Of a stretch of DNA of 43,669 nucleotides, positions 25,060 to 36,173 are shown piece after piece. The stretch lies in assembly GCA_002633005.1 (NCBI GenBank), contig NMRA01000622.1:100856-144524 (forward strand), written 5' to 3'. Within the stretch, counting starts at the first letter, position 1; every line of letters starts with the position of its first letter. The translations under genes were made by a program, and so were the position numbers. Source of the stretch: Phoronis australis. Taxonomy: Eukaryota; Animalia; Phoronida. The notes under the pieces were generated by a model. It saw nothing but the letters and a program-made list of their open reading frames with translations, searched no databases and was not told the DNA's origin.

Positions 25060-25540
25060 CTCACGTGGGACACATTGACAGTATGCATCTGTTTTTTGGA
25101 CAGAATTTTGTGCTTTGACAGCGATTTTTTGCACACTGATTGTCCAAAGCAGGACACACATTTCCTCATGGTTTGCTGAACCCCCGGTTTTGTGTAAATT
25201 TATTGAGTTTTGCGTTCGATATGGACCGCTGTAGTAAATTAGTGATCGAGTGCCCATAAGATTTTTAGTCACGAGTGTCGTACCTTGTGGTCATTGTATA
25301 GCGTATTAGGTACGGTCAGAAGCTGAGGACGTCTGTGAGTTATACCACAGGCGTCATCAGCCTCTGAGTCTGAAAGTCCCAAATACACTATAATTCTAAT
25401 TAAAGGTCTGACATCGGCTTTTGGGAAGATTTTTGTGTAAAGTGAAGCACTCATGGAATTCCTAGTTCGGAGCGTCTTGCCTTGTGGTGTTGTAATGTAT
25501 TGGAGATGATCAGAAGTGGAGGATGCCTGTGATTTGCAAC
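25060..25540 (-). pseudogene. Degenerate piggyBac (PGBD4-like) transposase C-terminal fragment
   Basis: Frameshifted peptides SDHLQYITTPQGKTLR (cf. D.SDQ..SY..P.RKT), SLYTKI..IVYLGL, and a Cys-rich tail PGVQQTMRKCVSCF..KAQNSVQKTDAYCQ. Confidence 0.5.
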
Positions 25541-26309
25541 ACAGTCCGACGAATTTCCCGATGACCCATAAGTTAATCATTCAAGAAACATAATGGTTGG
25601 ACACTAAAACTTTGCCAAGCCTTAAGGCTCCCACTTTCAACTGTTCTAAGTCCAAGTAAAATCTGTGTGTACCTCCCTCAGGCTGGTGTTACATCAACAG
25701 GGATATTCCTGACATTTTGGGAAGAAATGGGACAAATAAAAAGTCGCTTCTGAAAATATATATGACAAGAAACTGAAGTCCTACTGAAGCTGCAATACTC
25801 GTGTTAGGAAAGGATGAAACATTTATATCTTGCAGATTATACATTTCAAATAAGTTTGGTGTTGGAATGGTACACAGTGTCTTTAGGTAATTCTTATTAT
25901 GCATAACTTATCTGTTTGTACTCTAAGATACTAAGCAGGGTTTGTTTTATTTCAGGGATTGTGATCAAGGAGCACAGTAATGCTAATGCAAACTTTATAG
26001 TAAAAGAGGCACCATGTTCCGAAACGCTGGAGACAGGGAGGGAGGGCGAAGACTGTGTGAAGCTGCCAGTCCACTAATAAGCCCGCAACAGACAGTTTTG
26101 TAGAAAATAATTAGTTGCCTAGTTGTTATTTATATAATTCATATTTTTTGTATTTTTCCTGAGTAGTTTCATAGTAATAAAAGTATTAAAGAACAAGAGT
26201 CTTTTCTTGTTGTAAGTCACAGCTGCACATGCAATAGGATTGAAACGACCAAAAAAGCAAACGTTGTAAGAGTTAAAAACCTGCAGCATTGAAAAAAACA
26301 AATCTTGGA

Positions 26310-26698
26310 CCCACAAACATCAGTATTCCTGTATTGGTGGGCCTGTAAAGGCAACACAAGTGGTTCAATATTGGCACTGTACTGGCCCACCACTGCCGCA
26401 CTTTCGCCTATGTAATTAGTGTACTGGCTTAATATGAGCCCATCAATGGCCCTGTACTGGGCCAACACAGTCTGTCAATTGAACATTGGCCCTTTACAGA
26501 GCCGAAACCGGTTGTTGGTGTACTGGTCCAGTAATGGCGAGGTAGGGCTTTACTGTCCCCGATATCGCAATCTTGTACCTGCCCCAGTATGGGGAAGGTG
26601 TGCAGAATGTTATTGGGCCAGTACTGGCCTACACCATTGGGCCAATACAGAAGACAGTTCAGGGCCAGTATTGGCCCAGTACCTGCATGTTTACTGGG
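26310..26698. mobile_element. MITE/foldback element with CCCA..AAACAT / ATGTTTACTGGG termini
   Basis: Imperfect TIRs plus many internal tactggccc / gggccagta motifs in both orientations. Confidence 0.65.
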
Positions 26699-26756
26699 AA
26701 TGTTATCCACTGAAATCCTCATGAGCTGCACCGAAGACAGATACACTGACTATTTG

Positions 26757-26762
26757 TTTATT
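26757..26762 (-). terminator. Candidate polyadenylation signal AATAAA of the ADH gene
   Basis: tttatt on the + strand, ~125 nt downstream of the stop codon. Confidence 0.45.
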
Positions 26763-26887
26763 ACCTAACAGCGAGTAACTACATTGCACCAATATTGCAC
26801 CAATATGTAACAATTAAGCAATGTAAAGCGACTAAGGTGTGAAAGTAAGTTGTTTTTCTGCTCTGGACACAACATAATGTTCCCAGG

Positions 26888-26998
26888 TTACTCAGGAAAT
26901 TTCAAGATGGCTCTACCCCGTATTTTGCCAGCACGCAGCTTGTTCATCAGGCCGTCGATCTCGTCCAGTGAATGATGCGTAATGGGCACGGGCTGAAT
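26888..26998 (-). CDS. ADH exon 10, terminal (IQPVPITHHSLDEIDGLMNKLRAGKIRGRAILKFPE*)
   Basis: Acceptor acacag, stop TAA; typical MDR C-terminus. Confidence 0.94.
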   Translation of the reverse strand: MQPVPITHHSLDEIDGLMNKLRAGKIRGRAILKFPE

Positions 26999-29900
26999 CT
27001 GTGTGTCAAGAGGAAATTTGTAAGCACATAACTAACATATTCACAAGAAACAAGAGAGGCGCCAAGTAGGCCAAATTACACTCGTGGTATCAATTAATAA
27101 TGTTATTCTGCAGTTGTATCAATACGTTTTACAATAAAATTGTGTGACTTGAAATCCATACCAGGTTTGAAAGATGTTTCGAGTCGTTTCCATACTCTGG
27201 GGTTGGTATTAAAAAGTATTCTGCTCAATGGTAAAATGAAGTTACCAAGGAAATTGTTTCCATATGCGCCAGTTAACTTGCAATACCTTTTGCTTGAATA
27301 CGACGTCTGTTACCCCCTTGAGGTCGTCCATTGTTCCAACACACCTACCGACAATGACTCTATTGTCGAACACTAGAGGGGGGCACTGTACGGTGAAGCT
27401 TCCTCCGAATAACCCAATATTTACTAGACTGCCACCCTGAGAACAAACAATTATTCCATCAACAGCTTGAGCTGCAATTCAAAAAGAAGAAAAGGCAAAA
27501 ATGATTGCTCGAAAGCCAGGTTTTCGACTTTCCACTGAATAATTGCAGTTTCGCATAGAGCAGTGAACACCGGCGACGTAAAGTGACGCTGATATTCATG
27601 GTAAATTAACCTGGTTTTGGTCGCATGCACGCCGTTAACGGTACTGGGAAGGAAGTAAATGTGACATGACCAGACTTACCCTGGACAATCACCGGTCTTC
27701 AGTGGTAGAAAGTTTAGTGAGGTGACCACAAAATCGTTAGCAGTGGTGATATTGGACGCTATCTAGCTATGGGCAGCAACTTTGACCACTAAAACCTTCT
27801 CTACAATAGCTACGGGCGTTTGTCAGGACGCTTTTATCTTTTACCTTCATTTCAGGGATTCTACAGACGGTGTGTGGAATCAGCATCTGCTGTGGACACT
27901 TTGTTCTGGTGAATCATTGTACCTTACCGCAGTTATCCAGAAGTGAAAATGAAATGATCAGATTTGAATCGTGGGTGGCAATGAAGAGAGATGACCTACT
28001 GGTAGAAGTAGTTATGGCTGTGTATGCGATCTGCGAACAGTAACTTGGACCACATACCAAGCCTCGAGGACAAAAGTATGGCCTACCCGGCTACGGACTT
28101 TTGTTTGGACACTTAATTAATTGTCGCCCTCAGTTTTACCCTCGTTTCAGGTATTTTATACATGATGTACTGTGGAAGCAACTTCTACTGTGAACACTTC
28201 CTGTCGGAAATCGCTGGACACAAGGGTAAGTGATATGGCCCGACTTGGTTGTTTCGAGGAATGACTAATCTTTGTGAGTAGATAGTTAAGTGGGATGGCC
28301 AGCCATGCGGAAGCAGTTGTGACTACCCACCCTATCTGCGAACAGTAACTTGGTTCAACTGGATGCCAACCACCAATAGCTGGTGAATGAATCGTGCACG
28401 TGGCTACGGACTTCTGCAACGTGTCTTAGAAAGTACCTAATGTCTATTGATACATAAAAGGGTTCTCGTGAGTTTCAAACCAGATGTTATTAGCAATTGA
28501 TTTATGTGGCCTGTGCACGCCCGATGCAATTCAGGCATCGGACCAGCTCAGTGCAACGTTTTCCTTAACGTCTCCACATACCCGGATACTAACCTCTGCT
28601 ATTAAAGCTGCAAGAGTATAAATTTGTATTAACTGCTGAGATTAGTTGATAAAAAGCCATCTTTAAATTTAACATTGGTTAAATTACTAAGCTTCATACT
28701 CAAGGTTTCGATTTACACTCTGCCATTATTGCGACAAGGCTGTGACTCAATGCGCAAAGTAAAACAGGTCCAAATATTTGAACCTTATACCCCGAAAGGG
28801 TGTGCACTATGTCCGGCGCTGAAAGTTTAGAAACATATATATTTAATATGTGTATACGCATAGCTGCTGACTTGGCTTTCGAAAGTATTTACGTGCATAC
28901 GTGAAACACTGCATTTACTCCAAGCAATGATTAAAGCGATGTCTCAAAGCAGGGACGATCGCGACTTACCTTTCTTAGGACGCCCAAGCATCTGGTGTTG
29001 CTGGTCCCATTTCCAACAAAATCAATGGCCGAGTCCACGCCACCAATCTGGTTCTTTGTTCTTTCAATCAACGTCTTGTCGTCCTCTGTCGTGTTATACC
29101 AAGAATGAGGATTATTGTCGCCAAGTTGGGTGCTCAGACAATTCCCCCCTCCACAGTGGCAACCAGTTATGCGCCGCACCCGGCTTCTCAGCCTCCTGTG
29201 GTCCCGTCTGCTACCGCTTGCCAGGTCGAAACCGATTTTTGCAACCTCCCTCCCGGAAATACCATATTTTACAGGCCCTGACCCTTCCTGCACACCATAT
29301 TTGCGATTAGGTCATTGTTCAAGACAATCTCACGGATGTGCCGTTCTACCATTACAAGAAACTGTCACCACGAATCATTCTACCTATACAAGACACTATC
29401 ACTACTCGTACCGTTCTACCCGTACAAGACATTGTTACTAATGTACCATTCTACCTATGCAAGACACTGCCTAATGCACCATTCTAACACGGCACTGTCA
29501 CTAATGTACTGTTGTATCAGTACAAAAAACTGACAATGGTGTGCCATTCTACCCGTACAAGAAAATATCACTGATGTACAAATCAACCTTTAAACACCCT
29601 GTCATTACTGCACCATTCTCCTGTGCAAGACATTGTCTCTAATTTACCATTCTATCCGTACAAGAAACTAGCACTATTGTACCATTGCATCCCTACATGT
29701 ACAAGACACGTCACTAATGTAACATTCTAACTGTACTAGAGACTGTCACTAACGTACCATTCTAAGTTGAATGCACACTGAGACTCAACGCGTATACTCA
29801 CTCCACTCACCTGAAGGGCTCCAAATGATGGTATCGTCTGCTCCAGCCTCTTTCGCAATTTTCAGCTTTTCGTCCTTCAAAAAACGTTTAATCAATCAAT

Positions 29901-32900
29901 GAAAATTTAAATTTAAACTAACTCCACTCTCCTCAACCAACCACTCCTCTATCTCCCCTGTGCGTTCTTCTACATGTACGTTCCCCGGTATAACCGAGCT
30001 GTGGTGTGTCAGAAGAACATTACCAGTCACTAATGACAAAAAGACGGTCAGAGAGAACGAACTGAAACATTGGAGTCCTTTGGTCCACTGTGGATTCTAT
30101 AGCGATTTCGTGATGAATTTGCATGCTCCTAACTATGCCAATGCGTGACAGGAACGAAATGACAATGCTATTTTACGAATAATCTACGGTAAACAAAGTG
30201 CCGTTGTATTCATTGACAACTTGTAAATGTGAAAACAAAAAATTCTGCAAATAGGTGACCTTTGCACAAATGACGTACACGTATCCAGCAGGCTCACGTA
30301 ACCCACATCATGCAGTGTTATTCCCCAGCACCACGCCCACAATTCTCACTGGACAAGGCTCAGTGATCCTTTTCGTCACAAAGGTCGTTCTTAAAAACAC
30401 TTGGCAATTTTCAACCTACTTCATATTCACACCGTAGCTATAACTTGTGTCTCTAACTACTTTGGCCTAGCAATTACAGAGATATGAGGAATTAGCAAAT
30501 TACAAATTTAGGAGGTCGATATTGAATGGAGACATTTGTGAATAGCCGACATCAATGAATAATCATCATAGCTGTATTCATAATTCAACTTTCCTTTTAA
30601 TCTAATGAGCACAATAACAATTTCAATGACACGTCATTAGTTTATACATTACCGAAATATCAGCTACGACGACTCTTGTGTCGGAGGGCAGCAAAGCTTT
30701 TGCAAGCTTTATTGCCCAGTTCCCCAGACCACCAGCTCCAACTATAAGAAGGGTCACGTTACCTGGAAGCAACGCGTGTACTGGTCACATTTAGTTAAAA
30801 ACTAATGCTACCAAAATCAGAGAGTGCATGTTGTGATTTTAAGTTCTTATTAAATTGTAAATGTTAGGCCACTGAAAAAGCATAGCAGGTTCTTATATCT
30901 GGGCCCCGACTCATTTTGAAACCTGCGCCCACTGACAAAAGGGAAAAAGCGCCCGCGCGCACCAATTTCAGAAGCGATTTGAAGCGCCATGATTTATTAA
31001 GTGATGTATAATTACCCGTGAAATGTGCATCGGGCGGTGCTCGCAAAGTCCGCAAAGCTTAATTTGGTCACAGGAGCGTGAGCCGTGTACGTACCCCGGG
31101 TAGTCAGGCGGCGCAGTTTTTGGCTCAACGTTCCTTTCCCCTAGTCTCAAAGTGCGTGCTTGGATGGCTTTTGACAGTGACTTCTGCGAAGCGAGTCAAC
31201 GAATTCAAGCAAACTGTTACATTTTGCAAATTTTCCACTACTTCTTAGCTAATAAATTGTGAAGCCTGGAAAAAAAAACACAGTCCGCTTTCAAGATATG
31301 AAACACATTGTTGTGAACAGCTCGCCGTACTTACTTCTGTAAGGAGCGAAGTATTCAATTGTGCGCTTTGCTGTATTGACGGCGTTGAAGGCAGTCAAAC
31401 CACTACAGGCTGAGAGGGCAGCCACATCCAGCGGTATGCCATCCGGAGCTTTTACAGCATATTTAGCCAGAGGAACAGACATGTGAGTAGAAAACCTATA
31501 AAGACCATAGTATTTGAGTTCAGAATCCGTCAGACTCATATGGCAAGCGTTAGAAGTAGAAAGGAGTGGACGCTTCATTGTTTTTTTCCATTTAAAAATA
31601 ATTACCTAACTAATCATACGTACCCTCCCGGTCGAGCACCTCCGAGGAACTTCATCTGTCCGCTACACATGGGAGAATTGTCAGACAAACACTCTTCACA
31701 CTCCATGCAGGACACCCAGGGATAGACTACAACACGGTCACCCACTGACAGACCTGGAGACGTATAATTAAAGGTGAGCAATTCGGTCAACGAAGTGCTG
31801 TGATGCCCGCTTCACTGAAAGGCATGCCACTCGGACCATAGCTAAAGTTAAAACCCATTTAAATTTCCACCGTGAGTCTGCTACTCACATAATTATCTCA
31901 TTTAGTAGGCTGTCGTTATCCTTTGTCGACCCAGCAGCATCTTGACATCGATCAATGCGTCCCAGCCTGCTGAGTACGAAGCGCCAATTAAAGGGTTCGT
32001 AAACGAGTAGGCCTACCTTTCAGTGCGTAGAAGTGTGTTTAAACTACGCGTACTTTGGCTTAATCTAAGCGTACTTTTGTATGCGTATTTTTAGTTCTTA
32101 AACGATCAGTGTTCTGTTCTAAATGAACGCGTATTTTACACAGTGCCACCGTCTCCGTCGACTGGCCACGGTTGAGACGCCGTAAGCTTTTCGGCGAATT
32201 AAACCTCACATTGATTAAAACATCTAAGTGACGTTGCTATAAGTACCGTTTGCGCATAGAGGAACACCTCAGGAGGCCGTCAATGCCTTTAATTCCTTCC
32301 AACGCAAACAGAGGCATGAACTTTTTTTCGAGCAGCCCTTCGTTCAGTTGCCCAAATCGGCAACTGACCATTTTTAACACTGCGAGCGCTCCTGTCACAC
32401 GCGGTAAAAGTAGATCGTGTTTGGTCTATGATTACGCGTTGATTAAGTATAACTGCACGTTGATTAAGCAAAATTGTTCGTTGATTAAGAGCAGAACAAT
32501 GATCATTTAAGGACTAAAAGTACGCGTTGATTACGGAAAAGTACGCGCAGATTAAGCACATTTCCGGTTACGCGCCGAAAGGCATTCGTTTAAGAACCAT
32601 TTGGCGCTTTATGCCCGCACCCAACCTTTTATTTCCCTTTCTGCTTTTTTCGGAGTTTGTGTTTCTCTGAGGCGGATCTTATTGCCCACTTTGCCAATGG
32701 GGGTGGGGGGGCGTATAACTTTTATGTGCAAGTGAGCCTTGGTGACTCCGATCGTCAAAGTCTCGTAAAGACCGCGGTGTACCATTGATCTTAATAGTTC
32801 ATCTCGAAGCCAGCTGCCCCGCTCTTATTCGATACAATGTTGGCCAGTTTCTGTACGACGTTAGCGTGCACATATCATACTGTAAGGAAATTGACGAAAT

Positions 32901-35900
32901 CATCGAATGAGCTTGGACTGGTTAATTATTTTGGAACCTGTTATATTGACGTATACTTAAATTACCGGATTTTTACCAGTTGGTTACTAATTACGACGTG
33001 ACTATCTCGATCATTTTTGGACTGACGTAGTTTTCTTCCAGATATGACAGTACAGTTAGACTGGTAGGTCAGATTTGACGACAGTTTTGGGGTAGACATT
33101 ACTGTAGTAGCTTTAGTGAATCTAATTTCCTTGGATTTGCGAACATGTGGGAATGAGAAAAGCCCATTAGATGCCGTTTCCTTCAAAATAGCGCTCCCCT
33201 CCCTCGTGTATAGCATTGTTGTATTTCTGCGTAGCGACTGAGAAATCTGCTGCAATTTCAGGTAGCCCTCAAACAACCCAGCACTGGGAAAAAAGAAGTT
33301 ACGTTGCAGTACTTATGGACCACATGACTAGCACTAGGAGGGTAGTGGTGGTTCTGGGCTGAAAACAGTCAACACTGCGTTTTTGTCACCCTTTCGGAAC
33401 CTCGCTTCCTTTTTCGGTAAAAATGAAAGAGCCAAGTGTACGCGACAGAATAAAGTTTCTGAAGTCATGCGTTGTGGTATTAGTGCAAAATCGCTCACAA
33501 CTTTTTATTTTGTGGGTAGAGTTTTCAACAGTGTGAAAAGCTGAGTCCAGCGATATCATGTGATCCAGTGACATGTGATCCAGTGATGTGTGGTCCATTG
33601 AGGTGTGCAATGCTTGAAAGAACCCGATTAGAACTGCGCAGTGCCTGCAAACGTCCGCAGGATATGACGTAGTACACGCAGTACTTTCAAGCGTTATTGT
33701 AAAGGAGCCGCACAGAGACGATTTTGTCACAGAGTTGTGACTACACTCTACAACGCTTTACGAAAACCAAACAAAAAAACCCGACTCCTTATATTCTAAG
33801 TCTATCCAAAATATATTGTACTTTATATTATCAGACCAAAAATACCAATTTCTGGTATCCCATTTTGATGCCCTTGCTCAATCCCAGCTGACACACCACA
33901 CTTTGTATCAAAACTGTGAAAAAGCGACCCACATTTATGCCAGAAACTTGTATCTCGTCTTGGAGACACGAACCCGCTATCCTCAAATCATTGACTAACC
34001 CCTGGTGAGACTGGGGGAGGGAGAGTGGCGGTTTCAAAGCCTCGCTGCCAAAGATTGTGCCGGTGCCAGTCACCATGAAACAACTCCTACGTTAAAGTTT
34101 GATGTTTTGATATCCCAACGCCTAAGCGAGCTAAAGTCGTAATGTGACCAACCCGTCCTTATTGATCACAAATGAACGCGTGTGGCTTAGCCGCGCAGCT
34201 AAGGAATACCAATTCGCTAATTTCTCTTACAAATCATCGATTTTAAAAATTCGAAGACGGCTTAAATTCACTTTTCAGTTTTAAAAACAATCACTTTTGT
34301 CGTTTGCGTAAGATTTGCAATGACGTGGTTCCTCGATATGAACTAAAGTTGCTGTTGCCACTTTTCCTGCTCTCGAGGATGTAAAGCAACGTGACGGAAT
34401 AAAGACGACTTTTGTTCCTTAAACGGTTCTTGCACTTCGGTGCAAGTGAATAAAGTTCATCTTTGGTCTCCTTGGGCAGGAAATGACCGATAAGTGAAGC
34501 ACAATTTATGAGCCACTGTTTACACAGATTATTGACATCTGACATATACTAGATAAGCTTACTATGTATAGACGTGTAAACGTGCCTGGGAAGAATGCCC
34601 TTTTGCGGAGGTAAAACGCGTCATAGCATTCAAACAAAACCAGCTCCATTAATCTGCAATCTCTAGGGGCCGAATCGATGTGGTTTTGTTGGTAAAGACT
34701 TCAAATAGCAATTCTTGGATTACTGACAACTTGAACATTTTTTTAATCACATTTAATCAAGATAAAATGTGCGAAAGTAGCGCTCCCTTCCTGGAAATGC
34801 CTTTCTCATATTTGATAACATTTACCTGAATCGTTGGCATCTTCTCCAATTGAATATATGACTCCAGCTGGTTCGTGTCCTACATGAGTCAAGTAAAGTA
34901 AGTAGGTTAGTCCATTTTAAATATGCACTTAAAGAAAACAGATGATGGTTAACTTTTTTGACAATCCAGCACAAGCATAAGCTGTGTCCAAATTTCGGCT
35001 TGACACTGGGAACTGAAGTTAAGTCGGCTTTCCTCGCGGACACTTTCGACGAATCAGTGCTAAGTGATCCGATGTCTTTCCAACAGCCGGGAATGATTGC
35101 ATTTACCAAAAATATCTATACTTTTTGTTATATGAATAACTGTTGGATGGAATGTAGCTTTCAACTGAGATTTTAAGAAAAATCGACCAAATTAAAGGAT
35201 AATTTTTAGTTGTGGTTATCTGTTCTGATGTGCTGAAAAATGGTCATTTCTAAAACGCAAATGAGGCTATTCTCACAGTCGCTCTTTTTAATCCTTCAAC
35301 CGGCAATTCGGTGACTAGCCGGTCGATTGATGTTATGTACCGATCCAGGGTATACATGTAAGTGGCATAAAATGATCACAAGATACAGGGTTAAGGTTAA
35401 CGTTCAGTAAGTGACCTGGATCCTCAGATATGACTACTCACCAAAAACCAGAGGCCAGGAGAGGCCGGGAATATTGGCCAAGGGGAACTTATTATCACCT
35501 CCTAGCGAAAAAAAGCCATCTTGAAGGTGAAGGTCAGAATGACAAAGGCCCGAGAAAAGAATCTGTAATAAAGTGCATGTTATATAAGTGAATTTCGCCT
35601 CTATTGTCCTGTTAGGTCGTGCTAAGATTTTTGCTTCTTTATGTGTATTTGGCTACTAGAGCTCGGGTGAAAGTAGCATGCCAGCAATACATTCTTTGAA
35701 CCTTGTGGAAGTAACGTGTTGTTCTTTGGGACCGGTGAAAGTGATTTGTTGTTCTTTGAGCCTAGCAGAGGTAACAGTCGTCTTGTCGCTAGCATTATCC
35801 TGCTTATGCAATTTTATTCATTTGTTGTTTTACGTAAATAGAACAGCTGAGGTATATATTGTCATTTTAATTCCTTTATAAACGAATGATAGAAATGTTA

Positions 35901-36173
35901 AAGATATCTCTGTCGATAAGACTGAAGAAATAGTGCCTCAGTCACTGAGGCCGATCGGCATGTACTGCTACAGTTACGAAACGCGACTAGTAATATTGCG
36001 TTTACTCACTTTAAGTTTTGAAAAAGCAGAAAATGGCACCTTTTCAGAATCATAAGACGCTTTCAGATTACCTTAACGACCACACCTTTGGGTGGTGGAT
36101 CCGGGATTGGTTTTTCTACTATAACAAGCGGTGCGCCGGGACCCGCACATTCTGCCCTTCTCATCACCTCCAT
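26888..36173 (-). CDS. Zinc-dependent alcohol dehydrogenase (MDR superfamily), complete 10-exon gene, 372 aa; join of 36173-36072, 35562-35442, 34879-34826, 31753-31624, 31495-31335, 30762-30653, 29874-29811, 29085-28970, 27436-27287, 26998-26888
   Basis: All nine introns are GT..AG with consistent phases; exons total 1119 nt from ATG to TAA. Motifs: GLCHSDLH (catalytic Cys), GHEPAG, GDRV, structural-Zn CMECEECLSDNSPMC, ACSGLTA (third catalytic ligand), IVGAGGLG, VADIS, GKIRGRAIL. Confidence 0.95.
27287..27436 (-). CDS. ADH exon 9 (GGSLVNIGLFGGSFTVQCPPLVFDNRVIVGRCVGTMDDLKGVTDVVFKQK)
   Basis: Acceptor ttctcag, donor gtattg; GGxLVxxGLFGG motif. Confidence 0.94.
28970..29085 (-). CDS. ADH exon 8 (DDKTLIERTKNQIGGVDSAIDFVGNGTSNTRCLGVLRK)
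   Basis: Acceptor gacag (weak pyrimidine tract), donor gtaagt; GGVDxxIDFVG motif; phase fits. Confidence 0.88.
29340..29765 (+). repeat. ~33-35-bp minisatellite (accattctacccgtacaagacactgtcactaatgt), about a dozen diverged copies, in ADH intron 7
   Basis: Directly visible tandem copies. Confidence 0.9.
29811..29874 (-). CDS. ADH exon 7 (DEKLKIAKEAGADDTIIWSPS)
   Basis: Acceptor tttttgaag, donor gtgagt; KLxxAKExGAD motif. Confidence 0.92.
30653..30762 (-). CDS. ADH exon 6 (NVTLLIVGAGGLGNWAIKLAKALLPSDTRVVVADIS)
   Basis: Acceptor ttccag, donor gtaatg; Rossmann GxGxxG and an acidic residue typical of NAD+ preference. Confidence 0.95.
31335..31495 (-). CDS. ADH exon 5 (FSTHMSVPLAKYAVKAPDGIPLDVAALSACSGLTAFNAVNTAKRTIEYFAPYR)
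   Basis: Acceptor tatag, donor gtaagt; AAxxxCSGLTA motif. Confidence 0.95.
31624..31753 (-). CDS. ADH exon 4 (LSVGDRVVVYPWVSCMECEECLSDNSPMCSGQMKFLGGARPG)
   Basis: Acceptor ctccag, donor gtacgt; GDRV and four structural-zinc cysteines. Confidence 0.95.
31981..32607. mobile_element. Foldback element with ~150-bp diverged inverted arms in ADH intron 3
   Basis: Left arm gcgccaa..ggttcgtaaacga..cgcgtacttt..ttttagttcttaaacgatcagtgttctg matches the reverse complement of 32470-32607; arms built from ~20-bp cgcgttgattaa units. Confidence 0.75.
32141..32382 (+). repeat. Dispersed repeat family A, copy 3, nested in a foldback element
   Basis: CAGTG...CACTG termini; aligns with copies 1 and 2; no clear TSD. 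Confidence 0.75.
33543..33606 (+). repeat. 15-bp tandem repeat (gatccagtgacatgt), ~4 copies
   Basis: Directly visible. Confidence 0.7.
34826..34879 (-). CDS. ADH exon 3 (G/HEPAGVIYSIGEDANDS/G)
   Basis: Acceptor tag, donor gtaaat; completes the GHExxG signature. Confidence 0.93.
35442..35562 (-). CDS. ADH exon 2 (ILFSGLCHSDLHLQDGFFSLGGDNKFPLANIPGLSWPLVF/G)
   Basis: Acceptor ttacag, donor gtgagt; CHSD catalytic zinc motif. Confidence 0.95.
35691..35776 (+). repeat. 30-bp tandem repeat (gttctttg...gtaacgtgtt), ~3 copies
   Basis: ttctttg recurs at ~30-bp spacing. Confidence 0.6.
36072..36173 (-). CDS. ADH exon 1 (MEVMRRAECAGPGAPLVIVEKPIPDPPPKGVVVK)
   Basis: ATG, typical MDR N-terminus (L..E.P.P.P....V.VK), donor gtaatc, phase 0. 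Confidence 0.88.

Noticed and set aside
29086-29293. 5' extension of the ORF containing ADH exon 8
   Set aside because: Intronic and repeat-like sequence; exon phase and protein length fit the 29085 acceptor.
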